Source: Candidatus Latescibacterota bacterium
GTDB taxonomy: Bacteria; Latescibacterota; UBA2968; UBA8231
Direction of reading: 5' to 3'
DNA length: 64,000 nucleotides
Assembly: GCA_965217585.1 (NCBI GenBank)
Contig: OZ244561.1
Span: 2,752,001-2,816,000, forward strand
In this document: piece by piece, positions 7,775-16,774 of the stretch
How positions within the stretch are numbered: position 1 is the stretch's first letter
How the letters are laid out: every line of letters starts with the position of its first letter
The notes under the pieces: generated by a model
Database searches by the model: none
Told to the model about the DNA's origin: nothing
Seen by the model: the letters and a program-made list of their open reading frames with translations, nothing else
Position numbers and translations under genes: made by a program

Positions 7775-9154
7775 TTAGCGGGTCGGAAACTTGTCGGTGT
7801 CGTCGATCAAGTACTCCAGTTGGGCTGGACTCGGCGTTTCGCCCTCTTGGCTGAGCCAAGCCAGCCGACACTCGCGGTCAAGGAGGACGGATTGGGGGAA
7901 GTTCCAGATGCCATAGCGCTGCGCGCTCGCGCCTTCGTCCACCGCTATAGGCAACGTATAGCCGCGTTCGGCAATGAAGGCGTCCAAATCGTCGGCCCCT
8001 TCGGCGCTGTGGATGGCGATGACGACTAGGCCTTGGTCTTTGTGTTTTTTGTATAACTCGTCATAGTGGGCCAGTTGCTCAATGGATTCGGGAGACCAAG
8101 CGGCCCAAAAGTGCAGCAGTACCACTTTACCCTTGAAAAAGCCTAGGCGGTCGCCGTGCTCAATGGGGTTGATCCAGTGCTGGGCCTCTATGTTGAAGGG
8201 TATGGCACCCCGGACCAATTTGTGCTCTTGCTGCTTACGGTCTGCTTCAGCAAGGGAGACATACTGGGCTGTCAGCACTCCGCCGCTATCCAAGAATTGG
8301 GCGTCGTCCCAGCGCAAAAAACCCCCGTCGGCGAAAGCGCCAAGCCCCGGCTTTTCCGGCACGAACACCGTCGGAGTCAGGCGGATGAGCGTATCCCAAT
8401 GGTCCGCATTCGGTCCGAGGGCTGCCCAGAGCTGCCCATCTTTCTCCCATTTGGTGATGCCGCGCTGGAGAGTGGGCCAACTGATCTTTACCCCACTCTC
8501 ACTCTGGCCAATGTCGCCGCCGGTATTGGGATTGGCGAACGCCTCCGGCACCCGTTTTTGGATCAAAGCCAAAGTGGTGGTGTCAAGGCTGGCGAACGCC
8601 TCCGGCCCCAATTCTTGGAGCATAGCTTGGAGGAGGATGGGGTCGAGATTGGCGAACGTCTCCGGCGGCATTTCTTGGAGCCTAGCCGGAGAGGGTGGAC
8701 CGATACCCCTAGTGTATCCACCTCGGTCTATGCCGTTATGGCGGACGGTGGTGTCGAGGCTAGCGAATGCCTCTGGAGCCAGTTTTTGCCGGTGGGCCGC
8801 TAAGGTACTGCTCCAAAAGGTGTCGCGGACGAAGTACGCGCCGTTGGCGTGGCGCACTTCGACGGCAAAGCTGAGGTGTTCGAGGGTAGGGGGTTGATGC
8901 GGGTCGGCTTCGGCGAGGATGAAGTGCCAAAGGGGGATGTCGTTTTGGTCAAGGCGGCGGGCGTGCAGCAGGCCATCGACAATATATGCCTCTATGCGCT
9001 CGCCCGGACCGACCAGAGGAAAGTCGCCAAGGGGAACGGACCCGCTCCATTGGGCTTGGTCGGCCGGATCTGCGGCTGCGGCGATGTAGGGGCCGCTGAG
9101 TAGCAGGGCTGCCGCTGCGAAGAGGTGGTACTTTATCGAACGGAAGGAACGCAT
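7775..9154 (-). CDS. Secreted TlpA-like protein lacking CxxC (SPES)
   Basis: GKVVLLHFWAAWSPES; N-domain similar to 6625..7752; AGGAGG RBS before ATG 9154. Confidence 0.8.
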   Translation of the reverse strand: MRSFRSIKYHLFAAAALLLSGPYIAAAADPADQAQWSGSVPLGDFPLVGPGERIEAYIVDGLLHARRLDQNDIPLWHFILAEADPHQPPTLEHLSFAVEVRHANGAYFVRDTFWSSTLAAHRQKLAPEAFASLDTTVRHNGIDRGGYTRGIGPPSPARLQEMPPETFANLDPILLQAMLQELGPEAFASLDTTTLALIQKRVPEAFANPNTGGDIGQSESGVKISWPTLQRGITKWEKDGQLWAALGPNADHWDTLIRLTPTVFVPEKPGLGAFADGGFLRWDDAQFLDSGGVLTAQYVSLAEADRKQQEHKLVRGAIPFNIEAQHWINPIEHGDRLGFFKGKVVLLHFWAAWSPESIEQLAHYDELYKKHKDQGLVVIAIHSAEGADDLDAFIAERGYTLPIAVDEGASAQRYGIWNFPQSVLLDRECRLAWLSQEGETPSPAQLEYLIDDTDKFPTR

Positions 9155-9276
9155 CTGAAGCCTCCTTTGAGGTGTCCCCGACAAGGTCAGGGCGATTGGT
9201 GGACGGTCTGTTGCTCTATGAGAGCCCTTCGTCCAAAATGCGTAAACTTTTTTGCGTCTCTTGGGAATCGACGTAA

Positions 9277-9292
9277 TGCACATTTTGTGCCA
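9277..9292 (-). promoter_or_regulatory. sigma54 (-24/-12) promoter
   Basis: Minus strand TGGCACAAAATGTGCA (GG-N10-GC), upstream of the TlpA pair and downstream of the sigma54 activator gene. Confidence 0.75.
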
Positions 9293-9439
9293 TAGATCGG
9301 AGCGCGAACAAAAAAATCCTTTAGGAGTTATCCTAAAGGATTGAAAAACATGGGGGTTAAATAGCGAGAAAAATGTTGCGCTACGAGGCAGGCATTAGAT
9401 GGCGTTGCAAGCTGATCTACGATTTTTCGTTCAAACGGA

Positions 9440-9491
9440 CGACTTTTGAACGACTTTTGAACGACTTTTGAACGACTTTTGAACGACTTTT
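9440..9491. repeat. 11-bp tandem repeat (CGACTTTTGAA) x4.7
   Basis: Four perfect copies plus a partial one, read directly from the sequence. Confidence 0.95.
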
Positions 9492-9525
9492 TACAGATTA
9501 GCGATGGCTTCTCTAATCCGTGACA

Positions 9526-9591
9526 GATGTTATGCTCGGGCCCCTTGGGTATGGGATGCTTCGACTCCGCTGCGCTGCGCTCAGCATGACA
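9526..9591. repeat. REP-like palindromic repeat, related copy at 33380..33431
   Basis: GATGTTA...GCCCC.T.GGTATG.GATGCTTCG...CGCTCAGCATGACA shared between the two sites. Confidence 0.7.
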
Positions 9592-9631
9592 AGGGGAGGA
9601 ACGCGTCAGTCCGCGATCTTCACACAAGCTC

Positions 9632-12600
9632 TTACTGCGACGGCTTCTCTGGTCGTTGCAACCCGTGCTTGCGCATTCGATACCGCAGCTTCTCCGGACC
9701 TATGCCCAACAACCGAGCCGCCCCTCGCGGTCCATAGATCCGCCAGTTCGTGGCTTGGAGGGCCGCCAAAATGCGCTGCTTTTCGTCCTCATCTTCAGCA
9801 TCCCCGTCGAAGTCTTGTTCAACAGGCAGGGCAAGCTCCGCTTCGGCAGCTTGAAGCGGCACGTCTACCACCTGAATGACATCCCTGTCGCCCAACACGA
9901 CCGCCTGCTGGATTACATGCTCCAACTCGCGCACGTTCCCCGGCCACGCATGTTGCTGCAAATGCGCCACTACCTCCTCGCCCAAAACCGGCGTCGGCCT
10001 CCCTAGCTGTTCGGCGCACCGGCTCGCAAAATGCGCCGCCAAGAGCGGGATGTCCTCCTGGCGCTCCCGCAGGGGCGGCAGTACTACGGAGAGTACGCTC
10101 AGCCGATAGAATAGATCCTCGCGGAACGTCCCCGCCTGAATGGCCTCTTCCAAATCCTTGTTAGTCGCAGCGACGACCCGCACATCCACCGGGATAGACT
10201 GCTCGCCGCCGACGCGCGTCAGGTGGCCCTCCTCCAAGATGTGGAGCAAGGCCCGTTGGGAGTCTAGGGGCAAATCGCCCACCTCGTCGAGGAACAAGGT
10301 GCCGCCATTGGCCCGTTCAAAGTAGCCGATCTTTTGGGCATTCGCGCTGGTAAAGGCCCCCTTCTCGTGGCCGAACAGTTCGCTTTCGATCAGCCCGGCG
10401 GATAGGCCCCCGCAATTGACAGGTATAAAAGGGTTCGCTTGGCGCGGGCTAAGATTGTGGAGCAGCCGCGCCAACACTCCCTTGCCGACCCCGGTCTCGC
10501 CCAGCACCAGCACAGTCATATCCGTCTCGGCCATTGATTCGACCTGATCGAGGAGCCGGGCGATGGATTGGCTCTGGCTGAGAAAGCCCTGATTCGAGAC
10601 CCGCAGCATTTGCTCTAAGCGCCGGAGGTGGGTGGGGACCACTCGCATCTCTAGGCGAGCTATGTCCGACATCAAGCCATCCCTATCTATGGTCCGCACT
10701 TCAAAGTGGAACAGGCCGGCCGGCACGTCTTGGTACGTCACTCGATTGGCGGGTGTGAACGCGCTCCACTCTTCTGCCGGGCCGTGGCCGACGAGCCGGT
10801 GGCTGTAGCGCATCTGCTCTGCTCCGCTTCTGAAACTGGTGCCTTGGAAGTGGAACTGAATCTCGGGGGTGCTCTCCGGGCAGGACACGGCTTGGGGTTC
10901 GTCGAAAGTCCGCCCGGCCACGACTTGGCGGATGCGGATGCGAGGCGGCGTCTCCCCGGGCTGATACGCAATGAGACCAGCCCGCGTCCCAAACCACAGC
11001 CGCCCCCGGCTATCGAGCAGAATGGCATCGACGATATTCTCAAGGGCGGCTTTTCCCAAGCGGATGCTTTGAAAGGTCCGACCATCGTACTTAAGCACGC
11101 CCCCGCCGCTGGTCCCAATCCACAGACATTCTTGCTGCGGGTCGGCCACCAAGGCCAGAATGCCATTGGCGGACAGATCGCCTTGGTCTGCCGTAAACTG
11201 ACGCACCTCTTTGGATTGGTAGTCAAAGGCGAAAAGGCCGTGAGCGGTTCCCACCCAAAGCGCGTCCTGGTACTCGCACAAAGCATTTACATAGGCGACG
11301 GCTTCCATGCCGGCCATGTCAGACGCGCAGAGATGACCATCCCTGTAATTGTATAGAGCCGGTTTTGTTCCATGGAGGCCGAGCCAGAAGGAGCCTTCTC
11401 GATCTTGTAGCACGACTCTGCAAAAGGGCCACTGATCCTCAATCGCGGTGAAGCGGTCCCCTTCGATCCAGCCGAATTGCTCCTCGGAAATGTAGGCGTT
11501 TAAGCGCCCTTCCCGGCCTTGGAATAACATCTTGATTTCTACATAACCGTCCTTTGCGGCCACGGTGATCGCTTGGGTTTCTTTACCTGCCGACTTGAAT
11601 ACTTGTCCATCGGGGCCACTGCTCCAAACCTGCCCTTGTCGATCTACTACCATAGAGAAGACGGTATAACCGACCTCCACCGGATGGATCTGGCCGTCCT
11701 CTAAGCAGGCCAAGCCTCCGGTAGTGCCGATCCAGACTCGGCCCTCCCGGTCTTCACTCAGACACCGAATCTCGCTGTCGGGCAGGCCGTCTTCTTTGTC
11801 GTATAGCTGAATACTGATCGGATCGCAAAAGATCAGCCCGCCTCCCCATAGCCCCACCCAAATATTTCCCTCGCTGTCCTCGTAGGTCAGGCGCGTATCC
11901 GAAAAGTGAACATCCGGCAAACCGGCTGAGAAAGGATGCCATTCCTTCCCGTCGTACACTAACACGCCTCGGCGACTCAGCCAGAGCCGACCGCGGTCGT
12001 CCACGCGCACATGGCGCGTTCCATGCTGGACGACTTCCGTCCCCTCAACCCCAGCATCCACGCGGATGATCTCGAATTGTTGACTCGCGGGATCGTAGCG
12101 GCCTACAACCACTTCTGTACCTACGTAGCGGAAAGCGATCCACAGGTTGCCAGCGGCGTCATGGGCGAAATTCCAAGGCCACTGCATCGCGTCGTTCCTC
12201 GTAATCATGCGTCGGCCATCCAAGCTAATGACCCCCCACTCCCACGTCGCCAGCCAGGTCGTACCCGCCGCGTCGATCGCTATGTCGTACACCACTCCTA
12301 GGGGCTGACCCGCTAGTTCCGTCATACACTCTACGCACCGTCCTTCGACGAACCGACCCACTCCGGCTGTAGTCAGCACCCACACCGAGCTGTCGGCTTG
12401 GGTTTGTAGGCCCAATATTTCGTTGGAAGGTAGCCCATGTTCGGTGGTATACACCTGAAAGCCACGCCCGTCGTATGCAGCGAGCCCGCCACCGAACGTG
12501 CCGAATAACAGCCGTCCGTCCGCGTCTTCGTCGATAGCTGTTACGGTGAGATGGGGCAGCCCGTCCGACAGGCCAAAGGTATCGAAGTGCGCTCCGTCAA

Positions 12601-12760
12601 ACCGGCTTACGCCGCCGTCGGTTGTGCCGACCCAGAGGAGGCCGTGGCGGTCTTGGTAGATGTCCTCCACATACATCCCGGCCAACCCGTCGAAGACCGT
12701 GTATTGCTCTCCGAGGATGTGACCAAATGCCTTGTTCTGGCTTGGGGCCGCGTGGTTCAT
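9632..12760 (-). CDS. sigma54-dependent enhancer-binding protein with N-terminal Reg_prop beta-propeller and Y_Y_Y domain
   Basis: Repeated (E/Q)DxxGxxWxGT blades, GETGVGK, ESELFGHEKGAFTSA, LFLDEVG, FREDLFYRL, WPGNVREL, Fis HTH. Confidence 0.92.
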   Translation of the reverse strand: MNHAAPSQNKAFGHILGEQYTVFDGLAGMYVEDIYQDRHGLLWVGTTDGGVSRFDGAHFDTFGLSDGLPHLTVTAIDEDADGRLLFGTFGGGLAAYDGRGFQVYTTEHGLPSNEILGLQTQADSSVWVLTTAGVGRFVEGRCVECMTELAGQPLGVVYDIAIDAAGTTWLATWEWGVISLDGRRMITRNDAMQWPWNFAHDAAGNLWIAFRYVGTEVVVGRYDPASQQFEIIRVDAGVEGTEVVQHGTRHVRVDDRGRLWLSRRGVLVYDGKEWHPFSAGLPDVHFSDTRLTYEDSEGNIWVGLWGGGLIFCDPISIQLYDKEDGLPDSEIRCLSEDREGRVWIGTTGGLACLEDGQIHPVEVGYTVFSMVVDRQGQVWSSGPDGQVFKSAGKETQAITVAAKDGYVEIKMLFQGREGRLNAYISEEQFGWIEGDRFTAIEDQWPFCRVVLQDREGSFWLGLHGTKPALYNYRDGHLCASDMAGMEAVAYVNALCEYQDALWVGTAHGLFAFDYQSKEVRQFTADQGDLSANGILALVADPQQECLWIGTSGGGVLKYDGRTFQSIRLGKAALENIVDAILLDSRGRLWFGTRAGLIAYQPGETPPRIRIRQVVAGRTFDEPQAVSCPESTPEIQFHFQGTSFRSGAEQMRYSHRLVGHGPAEEWSAFTPANRVTYQDVPAGLFHFEVRTIDRDGLMSDIARLEMRVVPTHLRRLEQMLRVSNQGFLSQSQSIARLLDQVESMAETDMTVLVLGETGVGKGVLARLLHNLSPRQANPFIPVNCGGLSAGLIESELFGHEKGAFTSANAQKIGYFERANGGTLFLDEVGDLPLDSQRALLHILEEGHLTRVGGEQSIPVDVRVVAATNKDLEEAIQAGTFREDLFYRLSVLSVVLPPLRERQEDIPLLAAHFASRCAEQLGRPTPVLGEEVVAHLQQHAWPGNVRELEHVIQQAVVLGDRDVIQVVDVPLQAAEAELALPVEQDFDGDAEDEDEKQRILAALQATNWRIYGPRGAARLLGIGPEKLRYRMRKHGLQRPEKPSQ

Positions 12761-12788
12761 TTTTAATCTCGTTCATCGGGACGACCGG

Positions 12789-12820
12789 CCGTAGGGGCGA
12801 CCGGCCGGCTGCCCCTACGG
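12789..12820. repeat. GTAG-type REP palindrome
   Basis: CCGTAGGGGC-GACCGGCCGGCT-GCCCCTACGG intergenic hairpin. Confidence 0.7.
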
Positions 12821-12860
12821 AGATGGTGAGGGATCGGCGAAAGGACTCCCTTCCCGACCC

Positions 12861-13883
12861 CTACGATGGCGTCGGCGCGTCTGCCCGCAGCAACCCTTCT
12901 GCCTTTAGCTCGGCCCACAGGTCCGTTGGTATTTCGTGCTGAAACCACTGGGCATTGGTCTCGACGTGCGCCGGGGTCTGCGCCCCGGGGATAATCGCCG
13001 CGACGAGGGGGTTCCCGAGCGGGAACTGCATGGCGGCGGCGGGCAAGGGCACGTCGTGCCGCTGGCAGACGGCTTGGATGCGGCGGGTCTTTTCGAGGAT
13101 TTCGGGCGAGGCTGTGTCATAGGCGTAGCGGGCACCCTCGACCGGGCCGGAGGCGAGGATGCCGGAAGCAAAGACCGAGCCGATGACGATACGCACGTCG
13201 CGCTCCGCGCAGAGTGGGAATTCCTCGTCGAGGGAGTCTTGGTCCAAAAGCGTATAGGGCATGGCGACGATGCAGAAGTCGAGGTCAACCCCGTCGAGCA
13301 GGCGCGGCATGGCACCCATGCGGTTGAGGCCTGCGCCGACGGCCTTGATCAGCCCCTGCGAGCGCAATTCGTCGAGGGCGCGCCAGCCGCTGGTGATTAG
13401 GTGGTTGACGTGGGCGGAGAAGCGCTGTTCGCTGTCGTGGAAAAAGCTGTCGAGGTCGTGGATCAACAGCAGGTCAATGGAGTTGAGGCTCAGCCGCTGC
13501 AAGCTGTCTTCCCACGAGCGCATGATGCCGTCGTACCCGTAGTCGAAGCGGAAATCGAAGGGCAGGCCGCCGACCCAGAAACCCTTCTCGAAAGAATCGA
13601 GGTCGCGGGTGGCCGTGAGCACTCGGCCGACCTTGGTCGAGAGCACGAAGTCCTTGCGTTCCTGCTGGCGGAGAAAGTGTCCGAGGCGGTGTTCGCTTTT
13701 GCCATAGCCGTAGAACGGGGCGGTGTCGTAGTAGCGGATGCCAGCGTCCCAAGCCGCTTGCAGGGTGTCTTGGGCTTGGGGTTCGCTGACCGGATCGAAA
13801 AGCTCGCCCAAAGGAGCACCGCCAAAGCCGAGCGTGCTTAGCTCGACGCCGGTACGCAAAGCGCGCGTGGGGATGGTGGACAT
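12861..13883 (-). CDS. Aldo/keto reductase (D-threo-aldose dehydrogenase-like)
   Basis: LGFGGAPLG, YDTAPFYG, LSTKVGR, IDLLLIHD. Confidence 0.9.
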   Translation of the reverse strand: MSTIPTRALRTGVELSTLGFGGAPLGELFDPVSEPQAQDTLQAAWDAGIRYYDTAPFYGYGKSEHRLGHFLRQQERKDFVLSTKVGRVLTATRDLDSFEKGFWVGGLPFDFRFDYGYDGIMRSWEDSLQRLSLNSIDLLLIHDLDSFFHDSEQRFSAHVNHLITSGWRALDELRSQGLIKAVGAGLNRMGAMPRLLDGVDLDFCIVAMPYTLLDQDSLDEEFPLCAERDVRIVIGSVFASGILASGPVEGARYAYDTASPEILEKTRRIQAVCQRHDVPLPAAAMQFPLGNPLVAAIIPGAQTPAHVETNAQWFQHEIPTDLWAELKAEGLLRADAPTPS

Positions 13884-13940
13884 AGGATGCTTCCTTTCGT
13901 TTGTAGATTGCTCTAGAATTTGGTGCTAAAGTGAAGCAGC

Positions 13941-15122
13941 TTAGAAGCGGCCGTGATGCGATTCGGCTGGTGCCTGGTACTCCACCTTGAGGTGGGGCGT
14001 TTCGAGTCGCTTGTGGTCCTCCACCTTGGAGGTCAGGCAGCTTTCGAGCGCGCCGCTGACGATTAAGGTGCGCTCGGCGGGAAAGGGCGCTTGCCCGCTC
14101 TCGATCATTTCCCAAATCTTGGCTACCAGACAGGCCGAGTACGTGACGTTGGGCGTCGGCGGCAAGAAAAATTGGGTCGAGATGGGATCGTCCTCGCCCG
14201 CGAGCTTACAGGCGAAGCAATAGTCGCGGATGGCGCCGTTGAGCATCAGGAGGGTTGTCTTGAGGCCGTCGTTGTGCTCGATGAAGTACGCGGCTGGCTC
14301 TTTGACGAGCCGGGGTAGCTCGCCGTTGCCCAGCAGGTCTTGGGTGCGGCCGTCCTCGTCGGTTTTGCCGCAAGGGGAGTCGCTGCGCGAGAGGGCGGAG
14401 TCGAGCAGTTCCAGCGAATAGCGCCCCTTCTCGCCCGCCTTCCACACGGCGTCTCCTTCGATCAATTGCACGGATTTGACGCCGGTTTCGCCGCCGGAGC
14501 GGCGCTCGATCATGCACTGCATGGCCTCTAGCGCGTGGTAATCCATCGGGTCGGAGCCGCCGACGCCGACCATCAGCGCCTCTTCGATCTGGCAGCCCAA
14601 GGGCAGCTCGACATCGGGCAGACGCCAAGTGACCGGCAGTGACGAACCGGCGAGAATCGGGAAGCCGAGCCGGTGGCCGTCGTCGACCATTTCTTGCGCC
14701 TTGTCGAAGCTATAGGAGAGGTGCTTGTCGTTGTAGATAGGCGCGGTGCGGCCGTCTGCTTCAAAGACCTTGACGCATTCTTTGAAAAACTCGTAGCGCG
14801 GATAGAGCTTCTGCCCCTTTTCGTTGTTGGGGTACTCGCCGTGCTCGCCAATGATCAGGACGGCGTCGCAAGCCAGTTCGTCGCCGCCGCAGCGCAGGGC
14901 CTCGGCGATGGTGGGGTACACTGCAAAGCCGAATTCGCGCGCTCGGTCTTGGCTTTGGTCGCCTTCGGGCTGCTGATCAACGTAGAGCGAGACGATTTTG
15001 CAGTCGGGGCGGTGCCAGTGGCCGCCGTAGGGATAGCCGACTAAGAAGCGGTCGGCAAAGTGCTGGGCGTGCGAGAGGTAGCGATAGATGGTGGCGATGA
15101 CGGCGATGCGTTTGGTAGCCAT
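13941..15122 (-). CDS. Conserved hypothetical protein (Rossmann-like, possible oxidoreductase)
   Basis: 393 aa; SHAQH, GEHGEYP, NDKHLS, GSSLPVTWR; paralog of the next gene. Confidence 0.75.
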   Translation of the reverse strand: MATKRIAVIATIYRYLSHAQHFADRFLVGYPYGGHWHRPDCKIVSLYVDQQPEGDQSQDRAREFGFAVYPTIAEALRCGGDELACDAVLIIGEHGEYPNNEKGQKLYPRYEFFKECVKVFEADGRTAPIYNDKHLSYSFDKAQEMVDDGHRLGFPILAGSSLPVTWRLPDVELPLGCQIEEALMVGVGGSDPMDYHALEAMQCMIERRSGGETGVKSVQLIEGDAVWKAGEKGRYSLELLDSALSRSDSPCGKTDEDGRTQDLLGNGELPRLVKEPAAYFIEHNDGLKTTLLMLNGAIRDYCFACKLAGEDDPISTQFFLPPTPNVTYSACLVAKIWEMIESGQAPFPAERTLIVSGALESCLTSKVEDHKRLETPHLKVEYQAPAESHHGRF

Positions 15123-15198
15123 GGGCGACGAAAGCTCCGGGGAAAGAGGCGAAGGGGTTCGGTGGTTGTGTTCTTAAAAGAAACACCGAAGGGGCATC

Positions 15199-16392
15199 CT
15201 AAGTTCTCCAGAAAGTGGATTCTTCGGTGGCCTGATAAGCGATGTTTAGATGGGGCGTCTCGACTTGGGTCTGATCTTGCTGAAGGCTATCGACGCCGGC
15301 GATGACCAAGCCCGAAGTGAGCAGGGTGCGTTCAACCGGATAGGTGGCTTTGCCGGTCAGGAACATCTGCTCGATGTTGTTGACCAGCGGGCTGAAGAAG
15401 TTGGCCAGCGTGGTGCGAGCCGGAGGCATGGGCAAGTACATCTGAGTCGAGAACGGCTCGTCCCGTCCTTTGAGCCGCGCGGCGAAGTTGAAGTCTTGAA
15501 CTAGTCCGTTCATCAGAATCATGGTCGAGCGGAGGCCGTCGGCGTGCTCGTACTGGTAGGCGATGGGGCTCTCGACTAGGTGCTTGAGTTCGTCAATGGT
15601 GGGGAAAGGATTGTTGAACCCAGGTCTTGCCGGAGTGAGCGTGTGGCTGCGGCAGAGGCAGGCTTCAAAAAGCGCGGGCGACCACACGCCCTCGGCGTGC
15701 GCTTGCCAGAAGGCGTCGTCGCGGTAGGCCCGGAGCCATTTGACGCCCGTCTCGCCCCCCTTTCTGCGCTCGACCATGCACTGCAAGGTCTCCAGCCCGT
15801 GGAAGTCGTAGCTATCGACGCCGCCACAGCAGACGCAGACAGCTTCTTCGACCTCGGCACCGAGAGGCATGTCGAGCGAGGGGGTGCGCCAAGTAACGGG
15901 CAACGAAGAACCGGCCATAAAGGCGAAATCGAGTTCGCACGAAATATCGTACATCTCTTGGCACCAGTCCCAGTTCCAGGAAAGGTGCTTGTCGTTGAAT
16001 ACGGGTGCGCTCTTGCCGGCAGTGCGATAGACCGAGGCGATCTGTTTGAAAAGCTCGTAGCGCGGGTAGAGGTGCTGGCCCTTTTCGTTGTGGCCGTAGC
16101 TGCCGTGCTCGGCGATGAGTAGGACGCCATCGACGGCCAAATCGGCCCCGCCCAGCGTCAGGGCGTCGGCAACGGTGGGGTAGATCGCCATGTGGGGAAA
16201 GCGGGTCGCTCGATCTTGGCTCAGATCGCCTTCGGGACGCTGATCCACGTACAGCGAGACCAGATCCATGGGCGGGTGGTGGTGCCGGCTGTTCCAGCCG
16301 TAGCCTTCGAGGAAGCGGTCGCAGATGTGCTGGGCGTGGGAGTACTTGCGGTACTCGGTGACGATGCCGGCGATTCTGGGGCGGTCGGCCAT
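15199..16392 (-). CDS. Conserved hypothetical protein, paralog of 13941..15122
   Basis: Same motifs: SHAQH, NDKHLS, GSSLPVTWR, YDFHGLE. Confidence 0.75.
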   Translation of the reverse strand: MADRPRIAGIVTEYRKYSHAQHICDRFLEGYGWNSRHHHPPMDLVSLYVDQRPEGDLSQDRATRFPHMAIYPTVADALTLGGADLAVDGVLLIAEHGSYGHNEKGQHLYPRYELFKQIASVYRTAGKSAPVFNDKHLSWNWDWCQEMYDISCELDFAFMAGSSLPVTWRTPSLDMPLGAEVEEAVCVCCGGVDSYDFHGLETLQCMVERRKGGETGVKWLRAYRDDAFWQAHAEGVWSPALFEACLCRSHTLTPARPGFNNPFPTIDELKHLVESPIAYQYEHADGLRSTMILMNGLVQDFNFAARLKGRDEPFSTQMYLPMPPARTTLANFFSPLVNNIEQMFLTGKATYPVERTLLTSGLVIAGVDSLQQDQTQVETPHLNIAYQATEESTFWRT

Positions 16393-16509
16393 GATGTTAG
16401 TCCCTCGATAGGGGGCGGTATTAGCGGTTTCGGAGAGGGAAGGTAGGAGAAGGGAGTTGGGGGAGCAAGCGGGGTGGTGCTGTGGGGTGGACGGTAGGGT
16501 CGAGAGGGT

Positions 16510-16610
16510 CCTCTACGCTCATTCTCGCCCGACCATCCTGGCCGGGCTCCGAGGGCTACTCCCCGATTTTGCAATCCTGCAAAATCGGGTTCGGCTATGT
16601 AGGCGTAGGG
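16510..16610 (-). other. Structured intergenic element with two AGGA-loop hairpins
   Basis: Minus strand CCCGATTTTGC-AGGATT-GCAAAATCGGG and GCCCGGCC-AGGAT-GGTCGGGC, closed by CTACGC/GCGTAG. Confidence 0.5.
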
Positions 16611-16774
16611 CTGGTGAATAATAGCTCTTCGCTCCTTCGTAATCGTCAATGCGCAATACGGGATAGGCACGTTCCAAGAGGGGGTCTCCTTTATTGGACG
16701 AAAAGGGTAATTACGTAGATATGCAATCGGTATTACAGACAATAAACCAGGCTTATAAAACCCTTGTAAGCGGT

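Noticed and set aside
9440-9491. Possible CRISPR array
   Set aside because: 11-bp units with no spacers and no cas genes; a simple tandem repeat
16530-16570. Minus-strand GGGGAGTAGC resembling the start of a yybP-ykoY riboswitch
   Set aside because: The other conserved elements were not recognisable and the downstream gene is not Mn-related
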